From Gammaproteobacteria bacterium Ga0077554 (GTDB taxonomy: Bacteria; Pseudomonadota; Gammaproteobacteria; Ga0077554; Ga007554), in contig LNFF01000032.1 in assembly GCA_001464585.1 (NCBI GenBank), forward strand, positions 149,285 through 213,284: a stretch of DNA of 64,000 nucleotides, given 5' to 3'. Within the stretch, counting starts at the first letter, position 1; every line of letters begins with the position of its first letter. The translations under genes were made by a program, and so were the position numbers. The notes below the pieces were generated by a model. It did no database searches. It saw only the letters and a list, made by a program, of their open reading frames with translations, and was not told where the DNA came from. Of this stretch, positions 8,915-19,239 are shown piece by piece.

Positions 8915-10288
8915 TCAAAGATTATCCATCGCCTCCGCAAGCCGCGTTACACCCACTACTTCAATACCCTTGATCGCCTGCTTGGGTAAATTGGCTTTGG
9001 GCATGATGGCGCGCTTGAAACCGTGCTTGGCGGCTTCACGTAAACGCTCCTGACCACTTTGCACCGGGCGGATTTCACCTGCCAGCCCCACTTCGCCAAA
9101 CACTACCAGATCGGCAGGTAACGGGCGGTTGCGCAAACTCGACAAGGCGGCGAGCAACAGCGGCAAATCGGCGGCGGTCTCGGTAACGCGCATGCCGCCC
9201 ACCACGTTGACGAATACATCCTGGTCGTACATCGCCACTCCGCCATGCCGATGCAGCACCGCCAGCAACATGGCCAGACGGGTTTGATCCAGCCCCACGG
9301 TAATGCGTCGCGGGTTGGGTGAATGGCTCTCTGCCACCAAGGCCTGCACTTCTACCAGCAAGGGCCGGGTGCCTTCGCGCGTGACCATGATGATGCTGCC
9401 GGGAACTTCTTCTTCATGGCGTGAGAGAAAGATTGCAGAAGGGTTAGTGACTTCGCGCAAGCCTTTTTCTGTCATGGCAAATACACCCAGTTCATTCACC
9501 GCGCCGAAACGGTTTTTGATGGCGCGGATGACACGAAACTGGCTGCCAACATCGCCTTCGAAATACAACACGGTGTCTACCATGTGTTCCAGAACGCGCG
9601 GCCCGGCGAGACTGCCTTCTTTGGTGACATGACCCACCAGAAATAATGCGGTGCCAGTCTGTTTGGCGTAGCGCACCAGTTGTGCGGCGCTTTCACGCAC
9701 CTGCGACACACCACCCGGCGCAGACTGCAGCATCTCGGTATAAATAGTCTGAATCGAGTCGATGACCATCACCTGCGGACGCTCCTGCTGCGCCACGGCG
9801 ATGATGCGCTCTACCTGCGTTTCAGTGAGCAGGCGCAGGTGATCACCGGCGCCATCATCTATCAAGCCCAGCCGCCGGGCGCGCATGCTGACTTGTTGTA
9901 ATGACTCTTCACCCGTGACGTAAAGCGTTTTCAGCGTGCGCGCCAACGACACCATGCTTTGCAGCAGCAAGGTGGATTTGCCTATGCCGGGATCACCACC
10001 AATCAATATCACCGAGCCTTGCACTAACCCACCGCCCAGCACGCGATCCAGCTCGCTGAAGCCGCTTGGTACGCGTGCCTCGGTAACCTCTTCTACAGAG
10101 GTCATGGACTGCACTTTTGATTCACCCGCATAGCCACTAAAACGCGGGCTACGGCGCGCGGCATCAGTGGCAGATGCAATCACCTCGACCATCGTGTTCC
10201 AGCCGCCACAGTCCGCACAGCGCCCTGCCCATTTGGGCGCTTGGGCACCGCATTCAGTGCAGGCATATAGAATTTTATCTTTTGCCAT
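8915..10288 (-). CDS. radA: DNA repair protein RadA/Sms
   Basis: C4 zinc finger, GDPGIGKS, KNRFG, Lon-like C-terminus. Confidence 0.97.
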   Translation of the reverse strand: MAKDKILYACTECGAQAPKWAGRCADCGGWNTMVEVIASATDAARRSPRFSGYAGESKVQSMTSVEEVTEARVPSGFSELDRVLGGGLVQGSVILIGGDPGIGKSTLLLQSMVSLARTLKTLYVTGEESLQQVSMRARRLGLIDDGAGDHLRLLTETQVERIIAVAQQERPQVMVIDSIQTIYTEMLQSAPGGVSQVRESAAQLVRYAKQTGTALFLVGHVTKEGSLAGPRVLEHMVDTVLYFEGDVGSQFRVIRAIKNRFGAVNELGVFAMTEKGLREVTNPSAIFLSRHEEEVPGSIIMVTREGTRPLLVEVQALVAESHSPNPRRITVGLDQTRLAMLLAVLHRHGGVAMYDQDVFVNVVGGMRVTETAADLPLLLAALSSLRNRPLPADLVVFGEVGLAGEIRPVQSGQERLREAAKHGFKRAIMPKANLPKQAIKGIEVVGVTRLAEAMDNL

Positions 10289-10289
10289 G

Positions 10290-10775
10290 TTATTCCTCTA
10301 TCAACACCCTGGTGCCTGCCCCTGCGTGATCAAACAATTCTATAATGTTTTCATTACGCATGCGCACACAGCCGTGTGAACCCGGCACACCCATGGGCAC
10401 ATCATCGGGTGTGCCGTGCAGATAAATATAACGTCGCATGGTATCAACATTACCCAAGCGATTTTTGCCGACTTCCAACCCACTTAACCACAGGATGCGG
10501 GTTAATATCCAGTCACGATCCGGGAATTGTGCGCGCAGCGCTGGCGAGTATATTTCGCCGGTGGGGCGACGTTTGATGAATACGGTATTGGGCGCGCACC
10601 CCGCACCAATTTTTGCGCGTATGATGTGCCAGCCACGCGGTGTGCAATTGCTGCCACGCTGTTCGCCTGGGCCATTGGCCGCAGTGGATACCGGATATTC
10701 CAGCAACACCGTGCCGTCCTGCAATAACTGCAAGCGCTGTTTTTCAATGCTGATGTGGATTATTTTTTCAGTCAT
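10290..10775 (-). CDS. L,D-transpeptidase (YkuD domain); start 10775 or 10787
   Basis: YPVST, TPRG, IYLHGT...SHGCVRM. Confidence 0.85.
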   Translation of the reverse strand: MTEKIIHISIEKQRLQLLQDGTVLLEYPVSTAANGPGEQRGSNCTPRGWHIIRAKIGAGCAPNTVFIKRRPTGEIYSPALRAQFPDRDWILTRILWLSGLEVGKNRLGNVDTMRRYIYLHGTPDDVPMGVPGSHGCVRMRNENIIELFDHAGAGTRVLIEE

Positions 10776-10796
10776 AGGGTTATTCATCTTGCATGC

Positions 10797-10897
10797 TGTC
10801 ATTTCGACCGCAGGGAGAAATCTTGGTGTTATTGAACTGCTTCAATGTTTACCATTATTGATAAGGGGCAAGATTTCTCCCTGCGGTCGAAATGACA
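10797..10897. repeat. TGTC-tagged REP-like inverted pair
   Basis: TGTCATTTCGACCGCAGGGAGAAATCT and its exact reverse complement. Confidence 0.9.
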
Positions 10898-10923
10898 GGA
10901 TGCGGCACATCGTCAGAGGTTTT

Positions 10924-12426
10924 TTAATGGGCATCAGGTAGCTTTACTACCGACCTGTTTACTTTCATCAACCCATCATAATTCCCATCGGGGGCTACTG
11001 TATAGCCCGACACATTATTTCGCGCGATAAAGATATGATCTTCATACCATAGCGGGACATAGGGCAATTTTTCCAGCAATAAATGTTGTATTTCCCGGTA
11101 TTTTAGCGCCTGTAACGGCAATTCTGGCTCGGCTTGCGCCGCTTCGATCAAATGATCCGCCACTGGACTGGAAAAACGTCCACGATTAGCGCCTTCCGGT
11201 GGCATGGACGTGCTGTGAAAGGCATAATGAAAAACATCAGGGTTCTTGATGCCTACCCAGCTCAGGCTGAACATCTGGAAGCGCCCACTTTTAATGTCAC
11301 CATAAAACGTGCCCCAGTCATAACTGCGCAGATCGACCTTGATACCTACTTCCTGCAATTGGCTTTGAATAATGGTGGCGAGGCGGATGCGGAATGGATC
11401 ACTCGAGGTTTTGTAAGTGATCTGCGCGGGATGTGCCGCGCTAAAGCCCGCTTTTTTCAACCAGGCGCGCGCCTGCTGTGGATCGTAGGCATACCCCAAT
11501 GAATCGGTGATGCCCGCCCAGTGATCGGGCGGGAACATGGCAGCGGCGGGGCGCGCGGCGTTGCCTAATACATACTTTATAATAGCGTCGCGATCCAACG
11601 CATGGGCAATAGCACGGCGCACTTCAAGCCGCCCAGTGATGGGGTCATTCATATTAAAGCCAAGGTAACTGAAATTGGAACCGCGCCCGCGCAACACCTG
11701 CATATCTTTTTGACTGCCGAGATAGCTGACAAGTTCGGGGGGCAGGTCATTTTGCAGCATGTCGATCTCGCCACGCATTAACTTGATGGCGCGCACCGTG
11801 GGATCGGGTACATGTAAAAACTCGACTTTCTGTTTGTCTGCAACGCGCATCAGACGCAAATGGCCTTCGCTGGGCCAGTCAACAAAGGAAAAAGCGCCGC
11901 TGCCTACCGGCTTTTGATTGAACAAATGCTGCGTCGCACTGAGTGTGGCAGGAACGATACCTACCACCAATTTTCCGGGAAATAAAGCATCCGCTTTATT
12001 GAGGTAAAAATCTACCGCGTCGACATCCACCACCTCGATACGCTGTATCAAATCCAGCGGAGCACGGTGCGGCGAGGCATTTTTGACATCAAGCACAAAA
12101 TCATACGTTGCCTTCACATCGGTTGCGGTTAAGTTATTTCCATCATGAAATACTCTACCTGCCTTACCTAAAATAAAGCGGTAATGTGTGGGTGTAAGTT
12201 TTTTCCAGGTCGCCAGTGCAGGAATGGGATAAGACGCCGCATCGAAATCTACCAACTGCTGATACAGCAAGCGGTTAATGCGTGTCGACGTTGCGTCAGT
12301 GGAAAAGCGGGGATCGAGCGTCACTGGCGCGCTGGCTAAACCGAAACGCAATGCGTCTGATGTTGGATCAGCACACCCCGCCAAAGCCAATAGCAAGAGT
12401 ATAAAAACAAAAAACCGTTTAAGCAC
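10924..12426 (-). CDS. ABC transporter substrate-binding lipoprotein, family 5 (DppA/OppA-like)
   Basis: Lipobox LAGC; TLDPR, FHDG..LTA.DV, PVGSGAF, VRRAIAHALDR. Confidence 0.88.
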   Translation of the reverse strand: MLKRFFVFILLLLALAGCADPTSDALRFGLASAPVTLDPRFSTDATSTRINRLLYQQLVDFDAASYPIPALATWKKLTPTHYRFILGKAGRVFHDGNNLTATDVKATYDFVLDVKNASPHRAPLDLIQRIEVVDVDAVDFYLNKADALFPGKLVVGIVPATLSATQHLFNQKPVGSGAFSFVDWPSEGHLRLMRVADKQKVEFLHVPDPTVRAIKLMRGEIDMLQNDLPPELVSYLGSQKDMQVLRGRGSNFSYLGFNMNDPITGRLEVRRAIAHALDRDAIIKYVLGNAARPAAAMFPPDHWAGITDSLGYAYDPQQARAWLKKAGFSAAHPAQITYKTSSDPFRIRLATIIQSQLQEVGIKVDLRSYDWGTFYGDIKSGRFQMFSLSWVGIKNPDVFHYAFHSTSMPPEGANRGRFSSPVADHLIEAAQAEPELPLQALKYREIQHLLLEKLPYVPLWYEDHIFIARNNVSGYTVAPDGNYDGLMKVNRSVVKLPDAH

Positions 12427-12892
12427 GCCAATTCTTGAACGGATTTTTCACCAGGCAAACATTGTAATAACGTGGATCGTGCGACACTTCTTCCCCGGCC
12501 CATGCGGGCAAGGCAAAGGATTCATCGGCGGCATCAAGTTCAATTTCGGCGACAACCAAACCTTCATTATCACCCGCGAACACATCCACCTCCCACACAT
12601 GCCCGGCATGTTCGACGAGATAACGGGTTTTTTCGATCAGCGGCCCTTCGCAAAACAGATCCAGCATCTCATTGGCATCCTGCTCTGGAATCGGGTAATC
12701 ATATTCCTTGCGCGTAATGCCCAGGGTGGCGCTTTTCAGGTTGATAAATCCTTGCCCACCCCCACAGCGCACGCGCATCGAGCATGTGGCGGTGCTGGCC
12801 ATGTAACCTTGCCGATAAAAAATACCTGATGACACGTGAGTACGCCAATCCTCATTACGCACCAAAAATTTGCGTTCTATTTCTGTTGCCAT
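12419..12892 (-). CDS. CYTH-domain triphosphate tunnel metalloenzyme
   Basis: EIERKFL, QGY, IEKTRY, WEVDVF, AEIEL. Confidence 0.9.
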   Translation of the reverse strand: MATEIERKFLVRNEDWRTHVSSGIFYRQGYMASTATCSMRVRCGGGQGFINLKSATLGITRKEYDYPIPEQDANEMLDLFCEGPLIEKTRYLVEHAGHVWEVDVFAGDNEGLVVAEIELDAADESFALPAWAGEEVSHDPRYYNVCLVKNPFKNWRA

Positions 12893-12932
12893 GTTATTTC
12901 TACTTTACGGAAAGCTTGATTAATTCCACATG

Positions 12933-13041
12933 TGTCATTTCGAGCATAGCGAGAAATCCTTTGCAAATACGGTTAAATGTCATCCGGGAATATTTTTCAC
13001 TTCGTTCGAAATAAGGATTTCTCCCTACGGTCGAAATGACA
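12933..13041. repeat. TGTC-tagged REP-like inverted pair with internal partial arm
   Basis: TGTCATTTCGAGCATAGCGAGAAATCC ... CACTTCGTTCGAAATAA ... GGATTTCTCCCTACGGTCGAAATGACA. Confidence 0.85.
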
Positions 13042-13047
13042 ACACAT

Positions 13048-13758
13048 TCAGTGGCTCCTTACTTTATCAGCCGCCAGTGCATCAAATATTTTCTCCATTT
13101 CCGTTTCGATATGACCACGCAGCTCAGGATCAAGACCCGCCACATACTGCATTCTTTCTTTGGCATGCTCGATATCCAGCTCAACCAATGAATATAGAAA
13201 ATTACTTTGTTCATCACGCCAACGCGCGACCGGCTTCGCATCTTTGAGCATCTCGCTGATGATGTCTTTACCTAATGTCCGCGTTTTTACTAACCCGCTG
13301 CCGCCGGGCGCTAATGGGTTACTCTCCAGTTGGCGGAGTATCGCAGCCAGCACTTTGGCGACCTCGGCACGGGCACGCTCATCGGCAACGGGACCTTGCA
13401 CCGTAATATTGCCCAGCGTGGCCGCGCCAATCGGTGGAATTTCGTTGCTATAACCTCCTATTTGCGCAGGCGGTGTTACATGGCTCCACCACGGCACGAC
13501 AGGTTGAGGATTTGATTGATAACTATTGAATGGCCGTTGCGCGGACATCTCTGATAAAGCCGCCATTTTAACGCCATGGATCACGCGCTGAGTATCGCTT
13601 TTTACCACATGCGTACCCTGCATGACCCACTCTGGCATACCTTTTATATTATGCCTTTCGCTGTTGGTCAGGTTTGGCGCAGCACACGCGGCCAGCACAC
13701 CGACCAGTGACATGAAAAAAAACCCGCGAATTAATCGTTGCGATTGAACCATGGTCAT
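13048..13758 (-). CDS. Lipoprotein, LPP20-like
   Basis: Lipobox LAAC; PEWV, ADERARAEVAK, LYSLVELD. Confidence 0.55.
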   Translation of the reverse strand: MTMVQSQRLIRGFFFMSLVGVLAACAAPNLTNSERHNIKGMPEWVMQGTHVVKSDTQRVIHGVKMAALSEMSAQRPFNSYQSNPQPVVPWWSHVTPPAQIGGYSNEIPPIGAATLGNITVQGPVADERARAEVAKVLAAILRQLESNPLAPGGSGLVKTRTLGKDIISEMLKDAKPVARWRDEQSNFLYSLVELDIEHAKERMQYVAGLDPELRGHIETEMEKIFDALAADKVRSH

Positions 13759-13783
13759 TCCGCCGTTTTTAGGTTGAATTATC

Positions 13784-15280
13784 TTATCTGGAGATTGTAC
13801 GCTTTTCCGTAATTTTCATTAAACTCTGACGAGCAAGTTCATCACCTTGTTCTGCCGCTTTGCGGTACCATTCAGCGGCTTGCTGGTCGTCTTGCGGAAC
13901 ATCGCGGCCATTGGCATATATTTCAGCAAGATTGTGCTGCGCCATGACATTGCCTTGTTCAGCGGCTTTGCGATACCACGACAACGCTTGCGCATAGTCC
14001 TGACTGATGCCCCGCCCTTCTTCATACATGACACCCAAATTATTCTGCGCGGCCGCATGACCTTGCTCTGCTGCTTTGCGATACCATGTGATGGCCTGTG
14101 CCTCATTGCGTGCCGCACCGCGACCTTTAGCAAGCATTAAACCTAAATTATTTTGTGCGGCAGCCTGGCCCAGTTGCGCGGCTTTGCGGTACCATTCTAC
14201 GGCTTGCGCGTCATCCTGAGCCACGCCACGTCCATTTGCATACATGATACCGAGATTGTATTGTGCCAGAGCATTGCCCAACTCAGCGGCCTGACGAAAC
14301 CATTGCACGGCCTGCCTGTCATCTTGCGCAACACCTCGACCATTCATGGACATCAACCCCAGATTAAGACTGGCGGCGGCCTCGCCACGTTGTGCGGCTT
14401 TTTGATACCACTCGGCAGCCTGCGCATCATTTTGCGCGAGGCCCCGCCCCTGTTCATAGAGCGTACCCAGATTGTATTGCGCCAGACCATGCCCTTGCTC
14501 AGCCGCTTTTTGATACCACGCCGCCGCCTGTTTATAGTCTACCCATGCGCCACGGCCTTCGGCATACATCAATCCTGCATCATATTGCGCAAACGAAAAT
14601 CCTTTTTCAGCGGCCTTGAGATACCATGCCAGCGCGCTTGAATCATTACGCGCTACACCCTCACCACGTTCGTACATGCTGCCCAGGCGGTGCTGCGCCC
14701 ATACATAACCCTGCTCTGCCGCCTTGCGATACCATTGAGCGGCGAGTGCGCTGTCCTGAAGTATGCCACGGCCTTTTTCATAGCGTGACGCCAGATTGTA
14801 TTGCGCCAACACATCACCCTGTTGTGCCGCTTTGCGATACCATTCGACGGCCTGCCGATCATCGCGTAGCGTGCCACGGCGATATTCATACATCCACGCC
14901 AGACTATATTGCGCAGAGGCAAGCCCCTGCTCGGCCGCTTTGCGATACCACCCCAGCGCCTGCTTGTCGTCACGCGGCACGCCCCAGCCATTGGCATACA
15001 TTAATCCAAGATTATATTGCGCGATGGCGTAGCCTTGGTCTGCGGCCTTGCGATACCACTCTTCCGCTTGCTTATAGTCACGCGCCGCGCCGCGCTCATT
15101 GGCATATACACCTGCAAGGCTGTTTTGCGCCAGAACGTCGCCCTGCTCCGCGAGAGGAACCAATTCTTTCAGGGCTGTTTCGGAGTCACCTTTTTCGTAA
15201 GCGGCCACGCCCTCATCAAAACCCGCATGGGAAACACCAGCAAGGCCAAAAAAACATAACAAAAACAATATTTTTTTCAT
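13784..15280 (-). CDS. Secreted Sel1-like repeat protein (12 repeats of 36 aa)
   Basis: Signal peptide; repeated WYRKAAEQG..AQYNLG.MY..GRG. Confidence 0.92.
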   Translation of the reverse strand: MKKILFLLCFFGLAGVSHAGFDEGVAAYEKGDSETALKELVPLAEQGDVLAQNSLAGVYANERGAARDYKQAEEWYRKAADQGYAIAQYNLGLMYANGWGVPRDDKQALGWYRKAAEQGLASAQYSLAWMYEYRRGTLRDDRQAVEWYRKAAQQGDVLAQYNLASRYEKGRGILQDSALAAQWYRKAAEQGYVWAQHRLGSMYERGEGVARNDSSALAWYLKAAEKGFSFAQYDAGLMYAEGRGAWVDYKQAAAWYQKAAEQGHGLAQYNLGTLYEQGRGLAQNDAQAAEWYQKAAQRGEAAASLNLGLMSMNGRGVAQDDRQAVQWFRQAAELGNALAQYNLGIMYANGRGVAQDDAQAVEWYRKAAQLGQAAAQNNLGLMLAKGRGAARNEAQAITWYRKAAEQGHAAAQNNLGVMYEEGRGISQDYAQALSWYRKAAEQGNVMAQHNLAEIYANGRDVPQDDQQAAEWYRKAAEQGDELARQSLMKITEKRTISR

Positions 15281-15337
15281 AATCTTATCTTACCCCCACC
15301 AACCCCATGACGCATTACAACCTTTATAGCATAGCCA

Positions 15338-16693
15338 TTAATATTTTTCAAAAAGCGCAATCGACTCCACATGCGTGGTGTGCGGGAACATATCCATCAC
15401 ACCCGCGCTGATCATCCGATAACCGTGTTGGTGCACCAGTTCCGCCGCATCACGCGCCAGGGTGGCGGGATTGCACGACACGTACACAATGCGTGATGCG
15501 CCAAATTCGGGTAAACGCTTGACGATTTCCAGTGCGCCAGTGCGTGGTGGGTCCAGCAAAATCTTGTTAAATCCGCGCCCGAACCACGCGTCACCCATCA
15601 TAAAATTAAGGTCAGCGGCATGAAATTCGGCATTGGTAATGCCATTATGTTTGGCATTTTCGCGTGCGCGCTGCACCAGCTTTTCATCGCCTTCCACACC
15701 TACCACATGACCCGCGCGACGCGCCAGAGGCAAGGTGAAATTACCCAAACCACAGAACAGATCCAGCACCCGATCCGCAGGCTGCGGATCAAGCAGCGCC
15801 AGGGCATGGTTGATCATGGTGCGGTTCATTTGCGCATTGACTTGCGTAAAATCGGTGGGTAAAAAGAACATCTCAAGATCATATTCCGGCAAGCTATAAC
15901 TGAGCCGGGCGCTGGATTCCAATTGGGTCGGCCACAGCAGGGTGACGCTCTCGTACCCGCCGGGCTGCAAATAGATTTGAAAACCGTATTGTTCACCAAA
16001 CTCACATAACCGGGCAAGGTCATGCTCATCCAGCGTCACCATATTTCGAAACACCAATGCAGTGGCGTAGTTGCGCCCCTCGCCTACGGCCACTTCAATT
16101 TGCGGAATCTCCTGGCGCGCATGCATGCCATCAAGCAACGCGCGCAATTCCATAATGCGCTCACCCACTGCGGGATGAAGCACCTCACAACGCGTTAACT
16201 GGGCAAGCAAAGGGCCGCGTTTTTCACGAAAACCCACCAGCATGATGGACTTTTTCAGCACATATTTAGCGCCTAAACGTCCCTTGTGCCGATAACCCCA
16301 CTGCGGCCCGGTGAGCGGGGTTAACCAGGATTCCGGCATGACCTTGCCAATGTGGGTGAGGCTGTCGTGCAACATCCGCTGTTTGGCGTGGATCTGTTCG
16401 GCAGGATCCATATGCTGCAAACTGCAACCCCCACACGCAGAAAAATGCACACAGCGTGGCTCGACGCGATGCGCGGAGGGTTGCAGCACTTCGATTAATT
16501 GCCCTTCATCATAGCGCTTGTGCTGATCCACATAGGTGAACATCACCACCTCACCCGGCAATGCACCCCCAATAAACACCGCTTTACCATTGACGCGCGC
16601 CACGCCACGCGCGTCGTGCGTAAGTGATTCAACCACCGCTTGTATCGGCCCAGTAGGGAGAGGTTTTCGATTACGCTTTGAACGTCTTGTCAT
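15338..16693 (-). CDS. rlmD: 23S rRNA m5U1939 methyltransferase
   Basis: TRAM domain, C..FSACGGC cluster, LDLFCGLGNF, LDPPR, YVSCNP, DMFPHTTHVE. Confidence 0.95.
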   Translation of the reverse strand: MTRRSKRNRKPLPTGPIQAVVESLTHDARGVARVNGKAVFIGGALPGEVVMFTYVDQHKRYDEGQLIEVLQPSAHRVEPRCVHFSACGGCSLQHMDPAEQIHAKQRMLHDSLTHIGKVMPESWLTPLTGPQWGYRHKGRLGAKYVLKKSIMLVGFREKRGPLLAQLTRCEVLHPAVGERIMELRALLDGMHARQEIPQIEVAVGEGRNYATALVFRNMVTLDEHDLARLCEFGEQYGFQIYLQPGGYESVTLLWPTQLESSARLSYSLPEYDLEMFFLPTDFTQVNAQMNRTMINHALALLDPQPADRVLDLFCGLGNFTLPLARRAGHVVGVEGDEKLVQRARENAKHNGITNAEFHAADLNFMMGDAWFGRGFNKILLDPPRTGALEIVKRLPEFGASRIVYVSCNPATLARDAAELVHQHGYRMISAGVMDMFPHTTHVESIALFEKY

Positions 16694-16793
16694 TTTGATT
16701 GTGGGTCGGTATCGGTAGTGGAAAGATGTAGGGAATTTTAATAGCGGTTGTTTTTTATTCGTGAATCACGTTGCCTGTCGGTGGGTCTTACTG

Positions 16794-16831
16794 TCGTGCG
16801 CATAGCGCACGCTACACGACTACGCTTGCTA
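16794..16831 (-). repeat. GTAG-family REP (left of cupin cargo)
   Basis: TCGTGCGCATAGCGCACGCTAC-ACGACTAC-GCTTGCTA. Confidence 0.75.
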
Positions 16832-16864
16832 AACAGAGTATCTACCGGGCTTTGCAACAAATAA

Positions 16865-17203
16865 TCACATGTTTATGTCACTGATCTTTGCAAATGGGGG
16901 ACTCCAAACAATTTGTACTGATGCCGGACCATTCTCTGCGGTCACGCGAAACGGCCTTCCAGGAGGTATAACTGCTTGACACAACTCGCTTGCGCGTTCT
17001 GGCTGTCCATCTACCGATACGACAACTTCTCCCCCAATCACAGTGATCAACGCGCTTCCGTCACACATCCAATCGCCGAGCTTCTCTTTATCCAAAAGGT
17101 TAAAGACTTGGATACGCAGGTGATCTTCCGACGCCAAATGATAGCTCGGTTGATCGCTACGGTTACGATATAGCGCCCGGAGATCAACAACTACGTTGTT
17201 CAT
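16865..17203 (-). CDS. Small cupin-fold protein
   Basis: VIGGEVVVSVDG...AVIPPG.PF.V.A beta-strand pattern; canonical metal His residues absent. Confidence 0.6.
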   Translation of the reverse strand: MNNVVVDLRALYRNRSDQPSYHLASEDHLRIQVFNLLDKEKLGDWMCDGSALITVIGGEVVVSVDGQPERASELCQAVIPPGRPFRVTAENGPASVQIVWSPPFAKISDINM

Positions 17204-17325
17204 TTAACGATACCTCGATTAAATGCATTGATAGCTTCAGAGCCACGGAGAACGTTCTCGGGCAAGGTTTGTTTGGTTACGAAACCCGGCCATGTACGGT
17301 CTGGCGATATTTGACCTGCTTGTTG

Positions 17326-17355
17326 TAGCAAGCGTAGCGTGCGCTGTGCGCACGA
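17326..17355 (+). repeat. GTAG-family REP (right of cupin cargo)
   Basis: TAGCAAGC-GTAGCGTGCGCTGTGCGCACGA, inverted copy of 16794-16831. Confidence 0.75.
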
Positions 17356-17436
17356 TTTACCCACAAAGACAATCCAAGCCGCATTGATGAGAAACACCTG
17401 CACTCACCCCTTTCATCGTGCCACGCCCGATTCGTG

Positions 17437-18213
17437 CTACGCTGTTCCCCACGCCTGCAAAAATTCATTCAAATGTGGCTTGTTATCTTTGGCAAGGGTG
17501 CCACGCAACAGTTGGCATTCGCCTTGATACTCTTCAGCAGTTAAATGGCCGCGTATCAACTCGAAACGCAAATACACCAGGTAGGTATTAAGCACATCAG
17601 TTTCACAATAATTACGGATGCCGGCAATGTTGCCATTCAAATAATTTTCCCATACCAGCGCGCCGCTCATGCCCATTTTGCCAGGAAAGCCCAACAGGGT
17701 TGCCACTTGATCCAGCGGTGCGGTGGCACGACCTTGGTAAGCGGAGAGTACGTCCATCAGGTCGGTATGGCGCGCATGGTAACGGCTTAGGTAATTATTC
17801 CAGCGGAAGTCGCGGTCTTCATCACCGGCGTCCCAGTAGCGTCGCGCCACTACGCCATGCACCAGCGCGCGGTAATGCAACACGGGCAGGTCAAACCCGC
17901 CGCCGTTCCACGACACCAGCGTGGGAGAAAACCGTTCGATGCCATCAAAAAAACGCTGCACCAGCTCCTGCTCGGGCGCGTCTGGCTCGCCCAGTGACCA
18001 CACCTTAACGGTGTCACGCGTGCGCATCACGGCGGAGATGGCGACGATGCGCTGCATGTGCAGGCGCAAAAAATCGGAGCCGCCGGTTTCCTGGCGACGC
18101 AGGTGATACATTACGTCAGCCACTTCTTTGTCGCTCAGGCCATCCAGGCCATGCAAACGGCGGCCTGCATCGACATCAGGGATGGTTTCGATATCAAAGA
18201 CTAAAACATTCAT
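17437..18213 (-). CDS. PolB-like 3'-5' exonuclease
   Basis: DEDDy motifs FDIET, WNG..FDLP, YCETD; ATGA overlap with cysM. Confidence 0.88.
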   Translation of the reverse strand: MNVLVFDIETIPDVDAGRRLHGLDGLSDKEVADVMYHLRRQETGGSDFLRLHMQRIVAISAVMRTRDTVKVWSLGEPDAPEQELVQRFFDGIERFSPTLVSWNGGGFDLPVLHYRALVHGVVARRYWDAGDEDRDFRWNNYLSRYHARHTDLMDVLSAYQGRATAPLDQVATLLGFPGKMGMSGALVWENYLNGNIAGIRNYCETDVLNTYLVYLRFELIRGHLTAEEYQGECQLLRGTLAKDNKPHLNEFLQAWGTA

Positions 18214-19100
18214 TCAGGAAATACACCCGTGGAAAGATAGCGATCGCCCCGATCGCAGATAATGGTGACGATCACCGCATTGCTCACTTCCTGCGACAAG
18301 CGCAACGCCGCATGCACAGCACCGCCCGATGAGATGCCGGCGAAAATCCCCTCACGCGCCGCCAGGGCGCGGGTGGTATCCTCGGCATCATTCTGGCTGA
18401 CCTCCATAATCCGGTCAACGCAAGCGGGATTGTAAATTTTGGGCAGGTATTCTTCTGGCCAGCGGCGTATACCGGGGATATTGGCACCTTCCGCAGGATG
18501 CACGCCGACGATTTGAATGTCAGGATTTTTTTCCTTGAAAAAGCGTGACGTTCCCATGATGGTGCCGGTGGTGCCCATCGCACTGACAAAGTGGGTAATA
18601 CTCCCATCAGTATCACGCCAGATTTCCGGACCGGTGCTCTCATAATGCGCCAGGGGATTAGCTGCATTGGAAAATTGATCGAGCCGCGTGCCCTGCCCGT
18701 CTTTTTCCATTTGTGCGGCCAGATCGCGCGCTGCTTCCATGCCGCCCTCACGCGGCACCAGCACCAGCTCGGCGCCAAACGCCTTCATGGTGGCACGACG
18801 CTCTATGCTCATATGTTCTGGCATGATCAATACCATGCGATAACCCTTGATGGCCGCTACCATCGCCAGCGCGATGCCGGTGTTGCCACTGGTGGCTTCA
18901 ATCAGGGTGTCGCCGGGCCGAATCTCGCCGCGCGCCTCAGCGTGGCGGATCATGCTCAGTGCGGGGCGATCCTTCACTGAACCAGCAGGATTATTGCCTT
19001 CCAGCTTTGCCAGAATCACATTCGACGTGACGCCCGGCAGGCGCTGCAGCCTGACCAATGGGGTGTTACCGATAAAGCTTTCCAGCGTAGGGAAATTCAT
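18210..19100 (-). CDS. cysM: Cysteine synthase B
   Basis: NPAGSVKDR, EATSGNTG, MGTTGT, IPGIRRWP, DRGDRYLSTG. Confidence 0.95.
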   Translation of the reverse strand: MNFPTLESFIGNTPLVRLQRLPGVTSNVILAKLEGNNPAGSVKDRPALSMIRHAEARGEIRPGDTLIEATSGNTGIALAMVAAIKGYRMVLIMPEHMSIERRATMKAFGAELVLVPREGGMEAARDLAAQMEKDGQGTRLDQFSNAANPLAHYESTGPEIWRDTDGSITHFVSAMGTTGTIMGTSRFFKEKNPDIQIVGVHPAEGANIPGIRRWPEEYLPKIYNPACVDRIMEVSQNDAEDTTRALAAREGIFAGISSGGAVHAALRLSQEVSNAVIVTIICDRGDRYLSTGVFPE

Positions 19101-19239
19101 GGCGGGCAGAGCAACCTGTTGAGTTTTTGGATAAGGGCTATTTTACAGGAAAATCTAGCACGTGAGCGGGGGCGAATGCAATGAAACCGATCCAGCGAGA
19201 TCGTAAACAGTTTCTTAGGATCAGCGGTTTCTGAAGAGC

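Noticed and set aside
13784-15280. 108-bp periodic DNA repeats as a possible array
   Set aside because: Fully explained by Sel1 protein repeats
17200-17403. 67-aa ORF as an intact gene
   Set aside because: Its 5' part reads through a REP; only the 3' part may be a gene remnant
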